From: a bacterium
GTDB taxonomy: Bacteria > Patescibacteriota > Gracilibacteria > UBA4473
DNA: 64,000 nucleotides
Direction: 5' to 3'
Assembly: GCA_009995455.1 (NCBI GenBank)
Contig: JAACPJ010000005.1
Location: forward strand, 8,048 to 72,047
Shown here: positions 38,396 to 47,605 of the stretch, one piece after another
Layout of the letters: every line of letters starts with the position of its first letter
Position numbering within the stretch: the first letter of the stretch is position 1
Notes under the pieces: generated by a model
Database searches by the model: none
What the model saw: only the letters and a program-made list of their open reading frames with translations
Told to the model about the DNA's origin: nothing
Program-made: the position numbers and the translations under genes

Positions 38396-39172
38396 ATGCT
38401 AGAACAATTTGAGGCTGCTTTAAGAGTGTCTGAATGGCCAAAAATCAAAACGCCTCCTCGGGTTTTAGATTTTTTAAAAGGAAATGAGGTAGATATTCCA
38501 GGCTTAGGGCCAGATAGAGAATCATTACAACGCCACTTTTCTCTGAACTTTTTACAGCAAGATTTGCCTGATATTTTATTTAAAAGTCATATGTCTGCCG
38601 CAGGCAGAGGTTTAATTGTTTTTCGTGATCAAGTGAGTCTTCGCTCAAAGCGGGTCTTAAGTTTTTTAGATTGGCCAGAAGGTTGGAACCATCCGCACAT
38701 AAATCCAATGGATGCGGGTGTTGAAAATGCGATAGAAGCCAATATAGATCTAGGACTATTAATTATGACTAATCTTTATACTCGCATGCTGCTGGCTTAT
38801 AGTGATGCAAATAAAGAACCGAACTTTAAAGCCATCGAAACGGCTTGTTTAAAGGTGGCTCGAAAGGTTATGCAGCTAGCAGGAGAAAATGACACGGTGC
38901 GCGATATAGAGTCAATCTTAGGCTGTTTTGATGATCGTAATACGCCCGTATTTGAACTAAACGCGGCACAAAATATAGATGTCACTACTCAAACCAGGTG
39001 TCAGCTAATGAGTGTCATGAATCGTGATATGGAAATTATGAATTTATTAGCGCTTGAAAAATGCCCGGCTTTTTATCATGGGTTTATTAATCAATACACC
39101 AAAACTATGACCCAGGTTGCCATAGAATCACAAACTACAGACAGCGTTGGGGTTTTACCGCAAAGCGTTTAA
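38396..39172 (+). CDS. Hypothetical protein
   Basis: 258-aa ORF; no motif recognised. Confidence 0.6.
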   Translation: MLEQFEAALRVSEWPKIKTPPRVLDFLKGNEVDIPGLGPDRESLQRHFSLNFLQQDLPDILFKSHMSAAGRGLIVFRDQVSLRSKRVLSFLDWPEGWNHPHINPMDAGVENAIEANIDLGLLIMTNLYTRMLLAYSDANKEPNFKAIETACLKVARKVMQLAGENDTVRDIESILGCFDDRNTPVFELNAAQNIDVTTQTRCQLMSVMNRDMEIMNLLALEKCPAFYHGFINQYTKTMTQVAIESQTTDSVGVLPQSV

Positions 39173-39541
39173 AGCGCGTTCAAATTCACGCCTGGCTTGG
39201 CTGGCCGTTTTTTCATAGACTTCAAAATTTGGTTCATGTGCCGCTAAATTTCTGGTGCGATGGAGTTTCCAAATAATTTTTTCATTCGGAAGCCTTTTAA
39301 CAACTTTTTTTATTAAAGTCGCTCCGTTGGTGCGACTGGCTGGGTACATGCTTTGTAAGGCCGAAATAAAAGCTTTGTGGGCATCCATTAATCCATGGTT
39401 GGGGTCCAAGTTTTTAGTTTTACTGATGTTTTCTTTAGCCCTGAAAAAATTGTTTTTACTGAGTTTTGGCACTCGGCTGAGTTTCCAAACAATAAATCCT
39501 AAAGCGATTGCTACTACGGGTGAGAGCCAAATAAATTCCAT
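39155..39541 (-). CDS. Membrane-anchored protein with HEPN-like RxxxxH motif
   Basis: N-terminal TM, HRTRNLAAHE. Confidence 0.5.
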   Translation of the reverse strand: MEFIWLSPVVAIALGFIVWKLSRVPKLSKNNFFRAKENISKTKNLDPNHGLMDAHKAFISALQSMYPASRTNGATLIKKVVKRLPNEKIIWKLHRTRNLAAHEPNFEVYEKTASQARREFERALNALR

Positions 39542-39596
39542 AGCCCTAGCATACCGATAGTCACTAAAATGTCGACGAACAGAACCACGGTAAGGC

Positions 39597-40592
39597 TTAA
39601 GGCGTGTTTGGTTGCCGTATTGGTCTACGCATCATTTGTCTTTCTCCATCTAGGATTGGTGGGCGATTTTCCAGCATTCTATCTCTCACTTTGCCTCGCT
39701 CACCATTAGTCGTTTGGGACTCAATCTCATTTTTAATTTTAGTTCTTAACTCTGGGCTTGGTCTCTCGCCAGCATTTTTTGCTGCTTCTAATTGGGCGCG
39801 AGTCTCGGGGCTTAATCTAGATTCGACTTGGGCCCTTAGTTCAGGTCTTTCTCGAAAGCGATCTTCAATTCGTTTTTGAATATGCTCTTGTATTAGGGCG
39901 CGCTCAAATTGCTCTGGTTCAAAGTGTTTATCATCTTTAGCCTGGCCTTTCATTTTCATAATTTGTCCGACTTCTGGAGCGGTTTTCATCGGAGTATTTT
40001 CACCAAATGGCACTTCCCAACTTTTTCCATAGGGTCCTTCAAGAGTCATCAACTGATTTTCTTCATCTACCGAAATAACTCTTCCTGAAAGTCGGCCTTT
40101 TTCACTCGGATTCCCCCAAAATTTTTGGTGTTTTTCTCGCATCCCTTCATAAAATGAAACTTTTTCTTCTAACGTTTCTTCAATAACTTCAGCCCCCCCA
40201 GCGGCATAAAGCCCGGTTCCTAGCACTACACTGGCTAAAACATTACTGCCTACCAAGGTTAAAAGCGCAATTCGGTAGCCACGTTTAGTGTGCTTAAGTC
40301 CCACTATTCCGACGCCAACAGCAATCCCAATAAATAACATCCAGAGTAGTGGTAAAAGGGTTAACCATTGTTCTAGTAGTTCTTCGGTTTCTACAAATTG
40401 TCCAATAGCAAAATCGGTGTTAAAGCTGGCGTATAAAACAATTGCAAAACTGATAGCTCCTAAAATTATAGCTGCAGCAAATAGCCCCCAAAACAAAATG
40501 TTTTTGGCATAAAAATAATATTTAGATCGAGGTTCGATATGCTCCTCTTTAATCTTTTTTAAGATATCGTCAGCCAATTTAGATGGATTCAT
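39597..40592 (-). CDS. Membrane protein downstream of an ECF sigma factor (putative anti-sigma)
   Basis: Three TM segments; 2 nt from the sigma stop codon. Confidence 0.55.
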   Translation of the reverse strand: MNPSKLADDILKKIKEEHIEPRSKYYFYAKNILFWGLFAAAIILGAISFAIVLYASFNTDFAIGQFVETEELLEQWLTLLPLLWMLFIGIAVGVGIVGLKHTKRGYRIALLTLVGSNVLASVVLGTGLYAAGGAEVIEETLEEKVSFYEGMREKHQKFWGNPSEKGRLSGRVISVDEENQLMTLEGPYGKSWEVPFGENTPMKTAPEVGQIMKMKGQAKDDKHFEPEQFERALIQEHIQKRIEDRFRERPELRAQVESRLSPETRAQLEAAKNAGERPSPELRTKIKNEIESQTTNGERGKVRDRMLENRPPILDGERQMMRRPIRQPNTP

Positions 40593-40594
40593 TT

Positions 40595-41173
40595 TTAAGA
40601 TGTAAATTGTCTTTGGTAACTCTCTTTAAACTGTGTTTTCGCCCGATTGAGTAAGGTGGCAATTGTGCCACCTGGTTTCATGAGAATGTCGCTCATTTCT
40701 TCGTAGCTTTTGTCTTCAATAAATCTTAAGATCAAGACTTCACGGTAATTTTCAGGTAAGGTTTTCAGAATAGTTTGCACTTCAACGGCAGTCATTTTTT
40801 GGTCAATTTCTTCAATGAAATTATTTTCATCGGGCAAATTTTCAAACAATTCTGGTTCAATGATAGATCGGTTTTCCTCGCCTCTGGATTTTGATTTTCT
40901 GAAGGCTGATATTGTTTCGTTGTGGGTGATTCGGTAAATCCAAGAGGAGAATTTTAAGGTTTCATCAAATCCATTTAGATTTTTCCAAGCTTTTACAAAC
41001 ACGTCTTGAAGTATTTCTTCGGCCTCTAGTTCAGAAAAATTAGAGATTCTTAAGATATAATATTTCAGCTTTTGTTCGTACCTTTCTACCAAAATGGCAA
41101 AGTGGGCTAAATCTTTTTGGGCCGCTTTTACAATAGCTTCGTCAGAGAGGTTTTTTTCAGAATGCATAGACAT
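40595..41173 (-). CDS. ECF (sigma-24/SigW-like) RNA polymerase sigma factor
   Basis: AEEILQDVFVKAW, FSSWIYRITHN, LPENYREVLILRF..SYEEMS. Confidence 0.92.
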   Translation of the reverse strand: MSMHSEKNLSDEAIVKAAQKDLAHFAILVERYEQKLKYYILRISNFSELEAEEILQDVFVKAWKNLNGFDETLKFSSWIYRITHNETISAFRKSKSRGEENRSIIEPELFENLPDENNFIEEIDQKMTAVEVQTILKTLPENYREVLILRFIEDKSYEEMSDILMKPGGTIATLLNRAKTQFKESYQRQFTS

Positions 41174-41340
41174 GAGGAAATCTAGCAGAATTAATTAATG
41201 TTGCGAGCTTGAGGAAACTAGAAGCTTCCCCAATCGGAATTATAAACGGTTTTTGCTTTTGCAAAGAGCGGCGTATTGATTTGCGATTTCGAATGCCAGA
41301 ATTTGAAGAGATTCATGATTTTTTGATAAGTTCATGAGTT

Positions 41341-41369
41341 TATACGCAGAGGGGCTGATTTTTATTTCA
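41341..41369 (-). promoter_or_regulatory. Putative ECF-dependent autoregulatory promoter
   Basis: TGAAAT-N17-CGTATA on the minus strand upstream of the sigma gene, resembling the SigW-type TGAAAC/CGTA consensus. Confidence 0.45.
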
Positions 41370-41412
41370 CAAAAAATTTGAATTATGTATAAATTATTTT
41401 AATTTATGGTTT

Positions 41413-41880
41413 ATGGGATTGAAATTTTTAGGTTCTCTTGCCGCATTAGTCACGCTAGAAGCTGGCTGTAGCCAAAATCTACCTGAACTTGAGGGTGGTT
41501 TTAGAACGCCAAACATTTCAAGCTTGCAGAGTTTGAGGATTCAAAGACAAGCCAATTTAACCCGAAAATGTGTCATACGGGTTTTGGGGCGAGACGAGGT
41601 TCAAACGATTGTTTTAATTGAAGGTGTCATGAATGGAGAAAGTTATTCGGCTATGAGTAGTCATTTAGAGGCTTCTTATTTAGAAAATGCGACCCGAGAA
41701 AGTGTGTTCCTTCAGCTTACACAATCTGACCCTGGTTTAGGGATTGTCATCTATAATATTTATTTACCACCAAACGAAATTGTGGGGGATCCAGGAGGCG
41801 ATTTTAGAGTGATCGTGCCGCTGCCTCCGCAGGAATTAGAAATAATGAGGGATAGAATTGAAACCCATTGTGCTCATTAA
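41413..41880 (+). CDS. Hypothetical protein, possible lipoprotein
   Basis: Hydrophobic N-terminus ending in EAGC. Confidence 0.5.
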   Translation: MGLKFLGSLAALVTLEAGCSQNLPELEGGFRTPNISSLQSLRIQRQANLTRKCVIRVLGRDEVQTIVLIEGVMNGESYSAMSSHLEASYLENATRESVFLQLTQSDPGLGIVIYNIYLPPNEIVGDPGGDFRVIVPLPPQELEIMRDRIETHCAH

Positions 41881-41882
41881 AC

Positions 41883-41916
41883 AAAAACCCGGAGAGCCGT
41901 AAGGCTTCCGGGTCTT
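41883..41916 (-). terminator. Intrinsic terminator hairpin
   Basis: acccggaagcc-ttac-ggctctccgggt followed by ttttgttt on the minus strand. Confidence 0.7.
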
Positions 41917-41924
41917 CATCCCTC

Positions 41925-42040
41925 TTTATAACAGTTTCTGGGACAGCAATTTTTAGCCTCAGTTCTTGAGTCTGCAAAGCAAGACAGTTTAACCGAGGCA
42001 TAAGTTAATACGCATTGAACCAGATTTTGTTTCACCAGTG
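41925..42040 (-). ncRNA. Candidate structured ncRNA (rod with central bubble, 6S-like)
   Basis: Nested stems aaca/tgtt, tctgg/ccaga, gcctcggtt/aactgaggc and an apical hairpin, followed by a terminator. Confidence 0.45.
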
Positions 42041-42110
42041 TCGTAACTTAGGCTACAAAAATGGCTAAACGAGTGGCTTGTAATTAAGACTTTTTTGCTC
42101 TATAAAAAAG

Positions 42111-43040
42111 ATGATGAGTATTCGGAGAAACATATTATTAGGGGTAAAACAATGGTTTCAGGGAAAAAATAATTTCCCGCCAAATGTGATTGTTTCTTCT
42201 CCTCACGGAAGCTCAAAAGTGCCTTTGTCGGTTTTTCCTCACTTAAGACCCGATTATCAAACTTCTTCGCGTTTGCTTCTTAATTTTTCAGATTACGGTA
42301 CAAAATATTTACTGGAAAAAGTACCCCTAAACCAACAAGTGGTGGCGCATTACGGGCGAATTGTCGGAGACGCTAATAGGAAGAGAGATGCCGAAGATGT
42401 GATTCGATTTGAAGATTTTAATGGCGTGCCGATTTTTAGACCTAAATTCCAAAAACGTCTGAAAACTTCTTGGTTACGCCCTTTTTGGCTGAGAAAACTT
42501 TTGCTGCATTCTTATGAACCTTTTTATCGAGATGTTTTTTCGGCGATTGATAGAGCGGTTCAAGACCCACGAAATGAAGGACGACCAATTATCATGCTTG
42601 ATGTTCATGATACAGGAAACCGTTTGCTTGGACGTACTTGGCGAGAAGATGTAACTCGAATAAAACAAAAAATGCCGCCGTTAGTGCTATCAAATGCGCC
42701 TGATTTAGAAGTAGATGAAGGCCGATTTGGCACCGCTCCTATTTCTTTTTTGTATGATTTTAGAGAGAAAATTGCTGATAAACTGGGTTTGGACGAAAAA
42801 GAAATTGAGATAAATTCAATTTTTAAAGGGGCGAATGTTATTCGTTATTTTGGTAATCCGAGCGCCAATAGAAGACTGCGAAAAATACTGAGAGGCAAAG
42901 AAATTTATGCCATTCAAGTTGAGTTTGATCGAGCCCTTTACCTAGATGAAGTCACACAAAGACCAATTGGTTGGAAAGTGGCTTCGGTGCGAAACTGTTT
43001 TATGGAAACGATTATTGAACTTAACGAAATGCTCGATTAG
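42111..43040 (+). CDS. N-formylglutamate amidohydrolase family protein
   Basis: SSPHGS, DANR, LDVHD, AIQVEFDRALY. Confidence 0.78.
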   Translation: MMSIRRNILLGVKQWFQGKNNFPPNVIVSSPHGSSKVPLSVFPHLRPDYQTSSRLLLNFSDYGTKYLLEKVPLNQQVVAHYGRIVGDANRKRDAEDVIRFEDFNGVPIFRPKFQKRLKTSWLRPFWLRKLLLHSYEPFYRDVFSAIDRAVQDPRNEGRPIIMLDVHDTGNRLLGRTWREDVTRIKQKMPPLVLSNAPDLEVDEGRFGTAPISFLYDFREKIADKLGLDEKEIEINSIFKGANVIRYFGNPSANRRLRKILRGKEIYAIQVEFDRALYLDEVTQRPIGWKVASVRNCFMETIIELNEMLD

Positions 43041-43339
43041 TCTTTGAGCAGCTTTATAACAGCACCGAGTAATATCACCGCTAACGTAAAAGGAAATAAA
43101 AACACAACCATTAAAACGGAAAACCAAAAGGGAATGGCTTTAATGTCGGTTTTTACCAGTCGCAATAAATAGCGAGTTTGAAGCGCAAAAAGTTGAACAT
43201 AAAATAAAAACAAAAAACCAACCAACATCAATATCCAAAGCAACGCTCCAATAATAAAGCCGGCTGGATTTGCTGGGTTTTCCCAGTGTGGAAACTGTGG
43301 ATCTTCATAGCTTGATCGAACACGTCTGACTTGGTTCAT
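43037..43339 (-). CDS. Small membrane protein
   Basis: Two hydrophobic segments; TATAAT 6 nt before ATG. Confidence 0.6.
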   Translation of the reverse strand: MNQVRRVRSSYEDPQFPHWENPANPAGFIIGALLWILMLVGFLFLFYVQLFALQTRYLLRLVKTDIKAIPFWFSVLMVVFLFPFTLAVILLGAVIKLLKD

Positions 43340-43381
43340 GTGGTGATTATAAATATTTTATTTTTTTAGTCACAGAAATCT

Positions 43382-43488
43382 TAGCCCCAACGTCATCTTT
43401 AACCAGAGGGGTTTAAGCCATTTTCCAGTTCGCTGGAGAGTGGCTTTTTCTTGTTTGGGGTGAATACTTCCTCCTAGATAAACCCCCT
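43382..43488 (+). ncRNA. Candidate pseudoknotted structured RNA of unknown class
   Basis: Crossing stems 43384-90/43455-61 and 43408-15/43479-86 enclosing a long UUCG-capped hairpin. Confidence 0.45.
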
Positions 43489-43502
43489 TAAAAAGAGCTC
43501 GC

Positions 43503-43535
43503 TTTACTTAGGGAACCTACAAGACCCTAAGTAAA
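43503..43535. terminator. Hairpin downstream of murC
   Basis: tttacttaggg/ccctaagtaaa 11-bp perfect stem. Confidence 0.55.
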
Positions 43536-43545
43536 CACACAGACT

Positions 43546-44823
43546 TTAAGATTTCATAAATTGGTGGGCGAATTCTGAGATTTTACCCGCTCCCATAAAC
43601 AACAGAATATCGCCGTCATTTAAACTTTTTGCTAATAAGTTGGCTTCATCTAGGCTTGAAAACTGTTTTAGTTTTGGATTGTCTTCAACAAAGTCTGCTA
43701 AGCTAACTGCCGCTTTGTCGGCCTGGGTGTCGCGGGCTTCGTAAATTGGAAACAAGGCACAATGGTCGGCATACCTAAAAGCATCCGCAAACTCATTAAA
43801 AAACTGGGCCGTGCGACTGTATTGGTGTGGTTCGTAAAAGAGAGCAATTTTAGATTTAGGATGTCGGCTCTTAAAGGCGTTTAAGGTGGCTTTTATTTCG
43901 GTTGGATGATGACCGTAGTCGTCGTAAACTTTTATCGTTTTACTCCCGAATTTTTTGTCGCCTAAAAATTCTTGCCGCCGGCCAGCGCCTTTATAGTGGC
44001 TTAAACCTTTTTTAAAGTTATCAGTATTAACTTTTAAAAAGTAAGCTAAAGCCAAGGCTAAGGTGGCGTTTTGTTGATTCGCTTCTCCCCAAATATTTAA
44101 AATCGCTTCCCATGAGTTTGGGCTTTGAGCCGGAATCGACAGTTTATTGGTGTTAACGTCTTCAAGCAAGGCTTGCACGGCTTCATCATTTTGATGAAAG
44201 AGCACATTTTTACTTTTACTGGCGATGCGTTTGAAGGCTTCAAAGTAATCTTCTTCCGATTTATAAAAGTCTGCGTGATCCCATTCTAGGTTAGTGATAA
44301 TTAAAACTTCTGGTTTTAGAAATTTAAAATTATCACGGTATTCACAGGCTTCAGCGATTAAGAATTTATTACTGCCAGCTTTGAAATTTCGCCCTTCTAA
44401 AATATCGAGCGTTGAGCCGACTAAAATAGTGGCGTCAAAATCAGTATTCGCTAACCCCGCCGCTATTAAACCAGTTGTGGTGGTTTTTCCGTGCGTTCCA
44501 GCGACCGCTATGGTTTGATAATTTTTAGAAATTTCCCCTAAATATTCGAAATAACTTTTTTCGGGGATGCCTAATTCTCGGGCTCGTTCGCGTTCTGGGT
44601 TTTCTGGAGGAACGGCTTCTGAATAAATGAGCAAATTGGTGGCCGGGGCTAGATTATGAGCGTCATGAATGTCGTAAAGATTTGAAAAACCTTCTGATTT
44701 TAGTTTTTCTAAAATTAAGTTTGAACCCAAATTTGAACCTGAAATTTCATGACCTAAATGCGCACAGAGTTGTGCCAAGCCCGAAGTGCCAATGCCGCCG
44801 ATCCCTACAAAATGAAGTTTCAT
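43546..44823 (-). CDS. murC: UDP-N-acetylmuramate--L-alanine ligase
   Basis: HFVGIGGIG, AGTHGKTTT, EACEY, DHADFY, DDYGHHPTE, PHQYSRT. Confidence 0.93.
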   Translation of the reverse strand: MKLHFVGIGGIGTSGLAQLCAHLGHEISGSNLGSNLILEKLKSEGFSNLYDIHDAHNLAPATNLLIYSEAVPPENPERERARELGIPEKSYFEYLGEISKNYQTIAVAGTHGKTTTTGLIAAGLANTDFDATILVGSTLDILEGRNFKAGSNKFLIAEACEYRDNFKFLKPEVLIITNLEWDHADFYKSEEDYFEAFKRIASKSKNVLFHQNDEAVQALLEDVNTNKLSIPAQSPNSWEAILNIWGEANQQNATLALALAYFLKVNTDNFKKGLSHYKGAGRRQEFLGDKKFGSKTIKVYDDYGHHPTEIKATLNAFKSRHPKSKIALFYEPHQYSRTAQFFNEFADAFRYADHCALFPIYEARDTQADKAAVSLADFVEDNPKLKQFSSLDEANLLAKSLNDGDILLFMGAGKISEFAHQFMKS

Positions 44824-44934
44824 GTTGAGTCTTGATTTTAAAAAAATTGCCGTAAAAGGCGAGGCAATTTAATATTGTTTAAAATTTATACACTTCTGTT
44901 GATTTTATTTGAATTTAAATTATTTAGTTAAATA

Positions 44935-45705
44935 ATGAAGTTGAGTTCTCTGGTAACGAGTGCGGCCATAGCCGCCACGCCAGTTCAGGCGGAAGATTTT
45001 AGTTTGGTTGACCCTTTCCGGCTCTATCCACTTTCACCTGAGGTAGCCCAATTTAATGAAACGGTTCCCCAAGCTTTAATTGATTTACAGACGTGTGTTC
45101 GTGAGCGATTCGAAGGTTTAGGGGTTGTGACGGAAGATGGCAGTACGATTTATATTCTGACGCTGCCTTTGGCTGATTCCGAAAAAACCTACGATATTAC
45201 TTTTCCCAATGATTTAGCGGCTGGGATTACGAGTGTTGGAATTTATGAAACGCAAGAAGTTGTGGGAGTAGATGGAGAAACTTTCGTAAGCGAAACGACG
45301 GGAGAGGCGGTTAATTTCGAATTTCCAGTGAGTCAAGAGAGTCTCTTTAGAGAAGGAATGTTTGCTCAAATATACCCAGAACGATTTCAGTCGAATCATA
45401 TAGGCGCTTTGCAAAGAAGAGTGGCGAATTTAAGCCGACTTTGTGAGTCTGGTCGTTTGCAAGGTGAAGATTTTGCGGCTCAGTATGCCGCTTATTGGGA
45501 AAGTATGAGCCTCGCCCATCAAGCTGCACGGGATAAGCTTTCGGCTTGTTTGCAATACGGCCCTGCAGATCAAGAGGCCCTGCAGATTATTTTAGAAGCC
45601 TACTCTGGGCCAATCGATCAATTTAACCAGCTGGGCTTTGAGCAACCAGAAGATGTAATTTATGAGTTAGATCAAGCATACGCACTTGGTTGTGCGGAGT
45701 CTTAG
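44935..45705 (+). CDS. Hypothetical secreted acidic protein
   Basis: Signal-peptide-like N-terminus ending VQA; four Cys. Confidence 0.55.
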   Translation: MKLSSLVTSAAIAATPVQAEDFSLVDPFRLYPLSPEVAQFNETVPQALIDLQTCVRERFEGLGVVTEDGSTIYILTLPLADSEKTYDITFPNDLAAGITSVGIYETQEVVGVDGETFVSETTGEAVNFEFPVSQESLFREGMFAQIYPERFQSNHIGALQRRVANLSRLCESGRLQGEDFAAQYAAYWESMSLAHQAARDKLSACLQYGPADQEALQIILEAYSGPIDQFNQLGFEQPEDVIYELDQAYALGCAES

Positions 45706-46628
45706 TGTTCTAAACTGGTCAAATAGGCTTCAGCATCAAGTGCTGCCTTGCAGCCAAATCCGGCAGCGGTAATGGCTTGTTGATAGTGCCAATCGGCGAC
45801 ATCACCGCCAACAAAAACAGAAGGAACCGAAGTGCCTGTTTGGTTTGTAACTTTAATATAGCCGTTTTCGAGCTCAATTGAGTCGTCTAAAAATTTAGTC
45901 GCTGGGTCATGACCAATTCCCATAAACAAGCCATCAATTTCAAGCTCTGATTTTGCTCCCGTGTCAGTATCAGTTAATTCAACTGACTTTAGCGTTGGCT
46001 CTCCTCTAAGTTCTGTTACGTTTTGGTTCCAGATCATTTCAATTTTTTTGTTTTCAAACACCCGTTTTTGCATTGGTTTACTCGCTCGCAGTTCTTTGCG
46101 ACGGTGAACTAAATATACTTTGTCGGCAAACTTGGTTAAAAAAGTGGCTTCTTCACAAGCTGAATCACCGCCTCCTACAATGGCAACCGTTTTACCACGG
46201 AAGAATGCCCCATCACATGTCGCACAAGCGGTGTAACCTTTTCCCCAGTATTTTTCTTCCCCTCGACCAAGGTTTAACCAACGAGCGCTTGAACCGGTCG
46301 CAATAATGACCGAATCGGCGGTAATTTCTGTGCCATCAAGATCTAGTTTTAAACATTTTGGATCTGAAAAATTAACCTTAGTAACGGCTTTCATTTGGCA
46401 ACGAGCCCCAAAGCGCTCCGCTTGTTTGCGCATGTTATCAATCAATTGTGGACCCATAATACCTTCCGGAAATCCAGGAAAATTTTCTACATCCGTGGTA
46501 GTCATTAATTGTCCACCAGGATGTGGGCCTTCAAGCACTAGTGGGGCCAAATCTGCCCGTGCGGCGTAAATAGCGGCGGTTAGTCCAGCAGGGCCAGAGC
46601 CTAAGATAACGAGTTTTTCAGTATTCAT
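45702..46628 (-). CDS. trxB: Thioredoxin-disulfide reductase
   Basis: GSGPAG, CATCDG, GGGDSACEE, QAITAAG. Confidence 0.97.
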   Translation of the reverse strand: MNTEKLVILGSGPAGLTAAIYAARADLAPLVLEGPHPGGQLMTTTDVENFPGFPEGIMGPQLIDNMRKQAERFGARCQMKAVTKVNFSDPKCLKLDLDGTEITADSVIIATGSSARWLNLGRGEEKYWGKGYTACATCDGAFFRGKTVAIVGGGDSACEEATFLTKFADKVYLVHRRKELRASKPMQKRVFENKKIEMIWNQNVTELRGEPTLKSVELTDTDTGAKSELEIDGLFMGIGHDPATKFLDDSIELENGYIKVTNQTGTSVPSVFVGGDVADWHYQQAITAAGFGCKAALDAEAYLTSLEH

Positions 46629-46640
46629 AAGAAAGAGGGT

Positions 46641-47225
46641 TTAGTTTGAAGATTTATTAATGGGGCAAGCTCCTCCGGGACAGGCAGGGGCAATCTCGGG
46701 TTCTTTAATTAATTTAAGTCGAATTAAACCGTAATAAATTTTGCAGCCGATACAAATTCCAAAACTAGTTTCGAGCCACATAAAAGTGAGGCACATTAAG
46801 CAAACGGCTAAGTTTATTGGCCCTCTCACTTCAAACACGTAGAGCAATACAATCATTAAGCTGGCCATAGTAAGGCCGATGCTCCAGGCAAAACGTTTCT
46901 GAATAGCTCCGACAAACTCAGGTTTTTGTTTTCGAACGATTAAATTTGAAATATGAGAAATAATTGAAAATTTTGGTCCTAAAATTACCTTCGTAAAGAA
47001 ATCGATAAAAAAGATGACGACGACTATTTTTAACGCCCGAAAGTCTTGGCTTAATAAAGCGAGTGCAAAAGCGATTGAGCCCATTACAAACATAATGCCG
47101 GCGCCAGCACGTACCGCTCGTTCATTTAACACCGGGTAAGGCGCTGGTTTCCCATTGATGCTTAACTCTGGAATGATTTTCCCAGGCATAAAGAGGCCGT
47201 ACTTAGTTTTAAGCGTTGTGATCAT
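46641..47225 (-). CDS. DUF4395 family membrane protein
   Basis: NERAVRAGAG, QKRFAWSIG, FGICIGCKIY, CPGGAC; start overlaps the repressor stop (ATGA). Confidence 0.8.
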   Translation of the reverse strand: MITTLKTKYGLFMPGKIIPELSINGKPAPYPVLNERAVRAGAGIMFVMGSIAFALALLSQDFRALKIVVVIFFIDFFTKVILGPKFSIISHISNLIVRKQKPEFVGAIQKRFAWSIGLTMASLMIVLLYVFEVRGPINLAVCLMCLTFMWLETSFGICIGCKIYYGLIRLKLIKEPEIAPACPGGACPINKSSN

Positions 47226-47455
47226 TTTTTTAAAATTAAAGGGAGTAGTTTTTGAATTTTTTGGTGATCGTTGTTCTGAAGGCATTGCTCTAGATTTTCT
47301 TCTAAGAAAACCCGAAAAGCTCCATCTAGTGCCGATTGGGCCGCTTGGAATTGTAGCAAGATCTTTTCGCAGTCTTCTTGGTTTTCAACTAAGCGAAGGA
47401 GCGCTTCGATTTGCCCTTTGTTCCTCTTTAAGCGGTTTATTATTTTCACGTTCAT
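47222..47455 (-). CDS. CsoR/RcnR-family repressor, CstR-like
   Basis: RLKRNKGQI..DCEKILLQFQA..ENLEQC. Confidence 0.88.
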   Translation of the reverse strand: MNVKIINRLKRNKGQIEALLRLVENQEDCEKILLQFQAAQSALDGAFRVFLEENLEQCLQNNDHQKIQKLLPLILKK

Positions 47456-47465
47456 TAAATTCTTT

Positions 47466-47482
47466 ATACCCCCTAGGGGTAT
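47466..47482. promoter_or_regulatory. CsoR-family operator
   Basis: ATACCCC-CTA-GGGGTAT palindrome with C/G tracts, 10 nt upstream of the repressor start. Confidence 0.8.
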
Positions 47483-47605
47483 TCTGTAAACTCTAAAAAT
47501 CACAAAATTAAATACCTCATAAATCTAGTGATTTTTAGCGCCTTTAAAAATCTGGCCTACTCAGCTGAGCTGGTGACCCGTAAAAAGACATGATAAAAAG
47601 AAAAA

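Noticed and set aside
41804-42001. 65-aa minus-strand ORF
   Set aside because: Runs through a terminator and into the convergent gene; the RNA structure explains the region better.
47551-47580. tRNA-like fragment (gggtcaccagctcagctgag on the minus strand) downstream of tRNA-Ile
   Set aside because: Only a short D-arm-like match that is also a simple palindrome; no anticodon or T arm.
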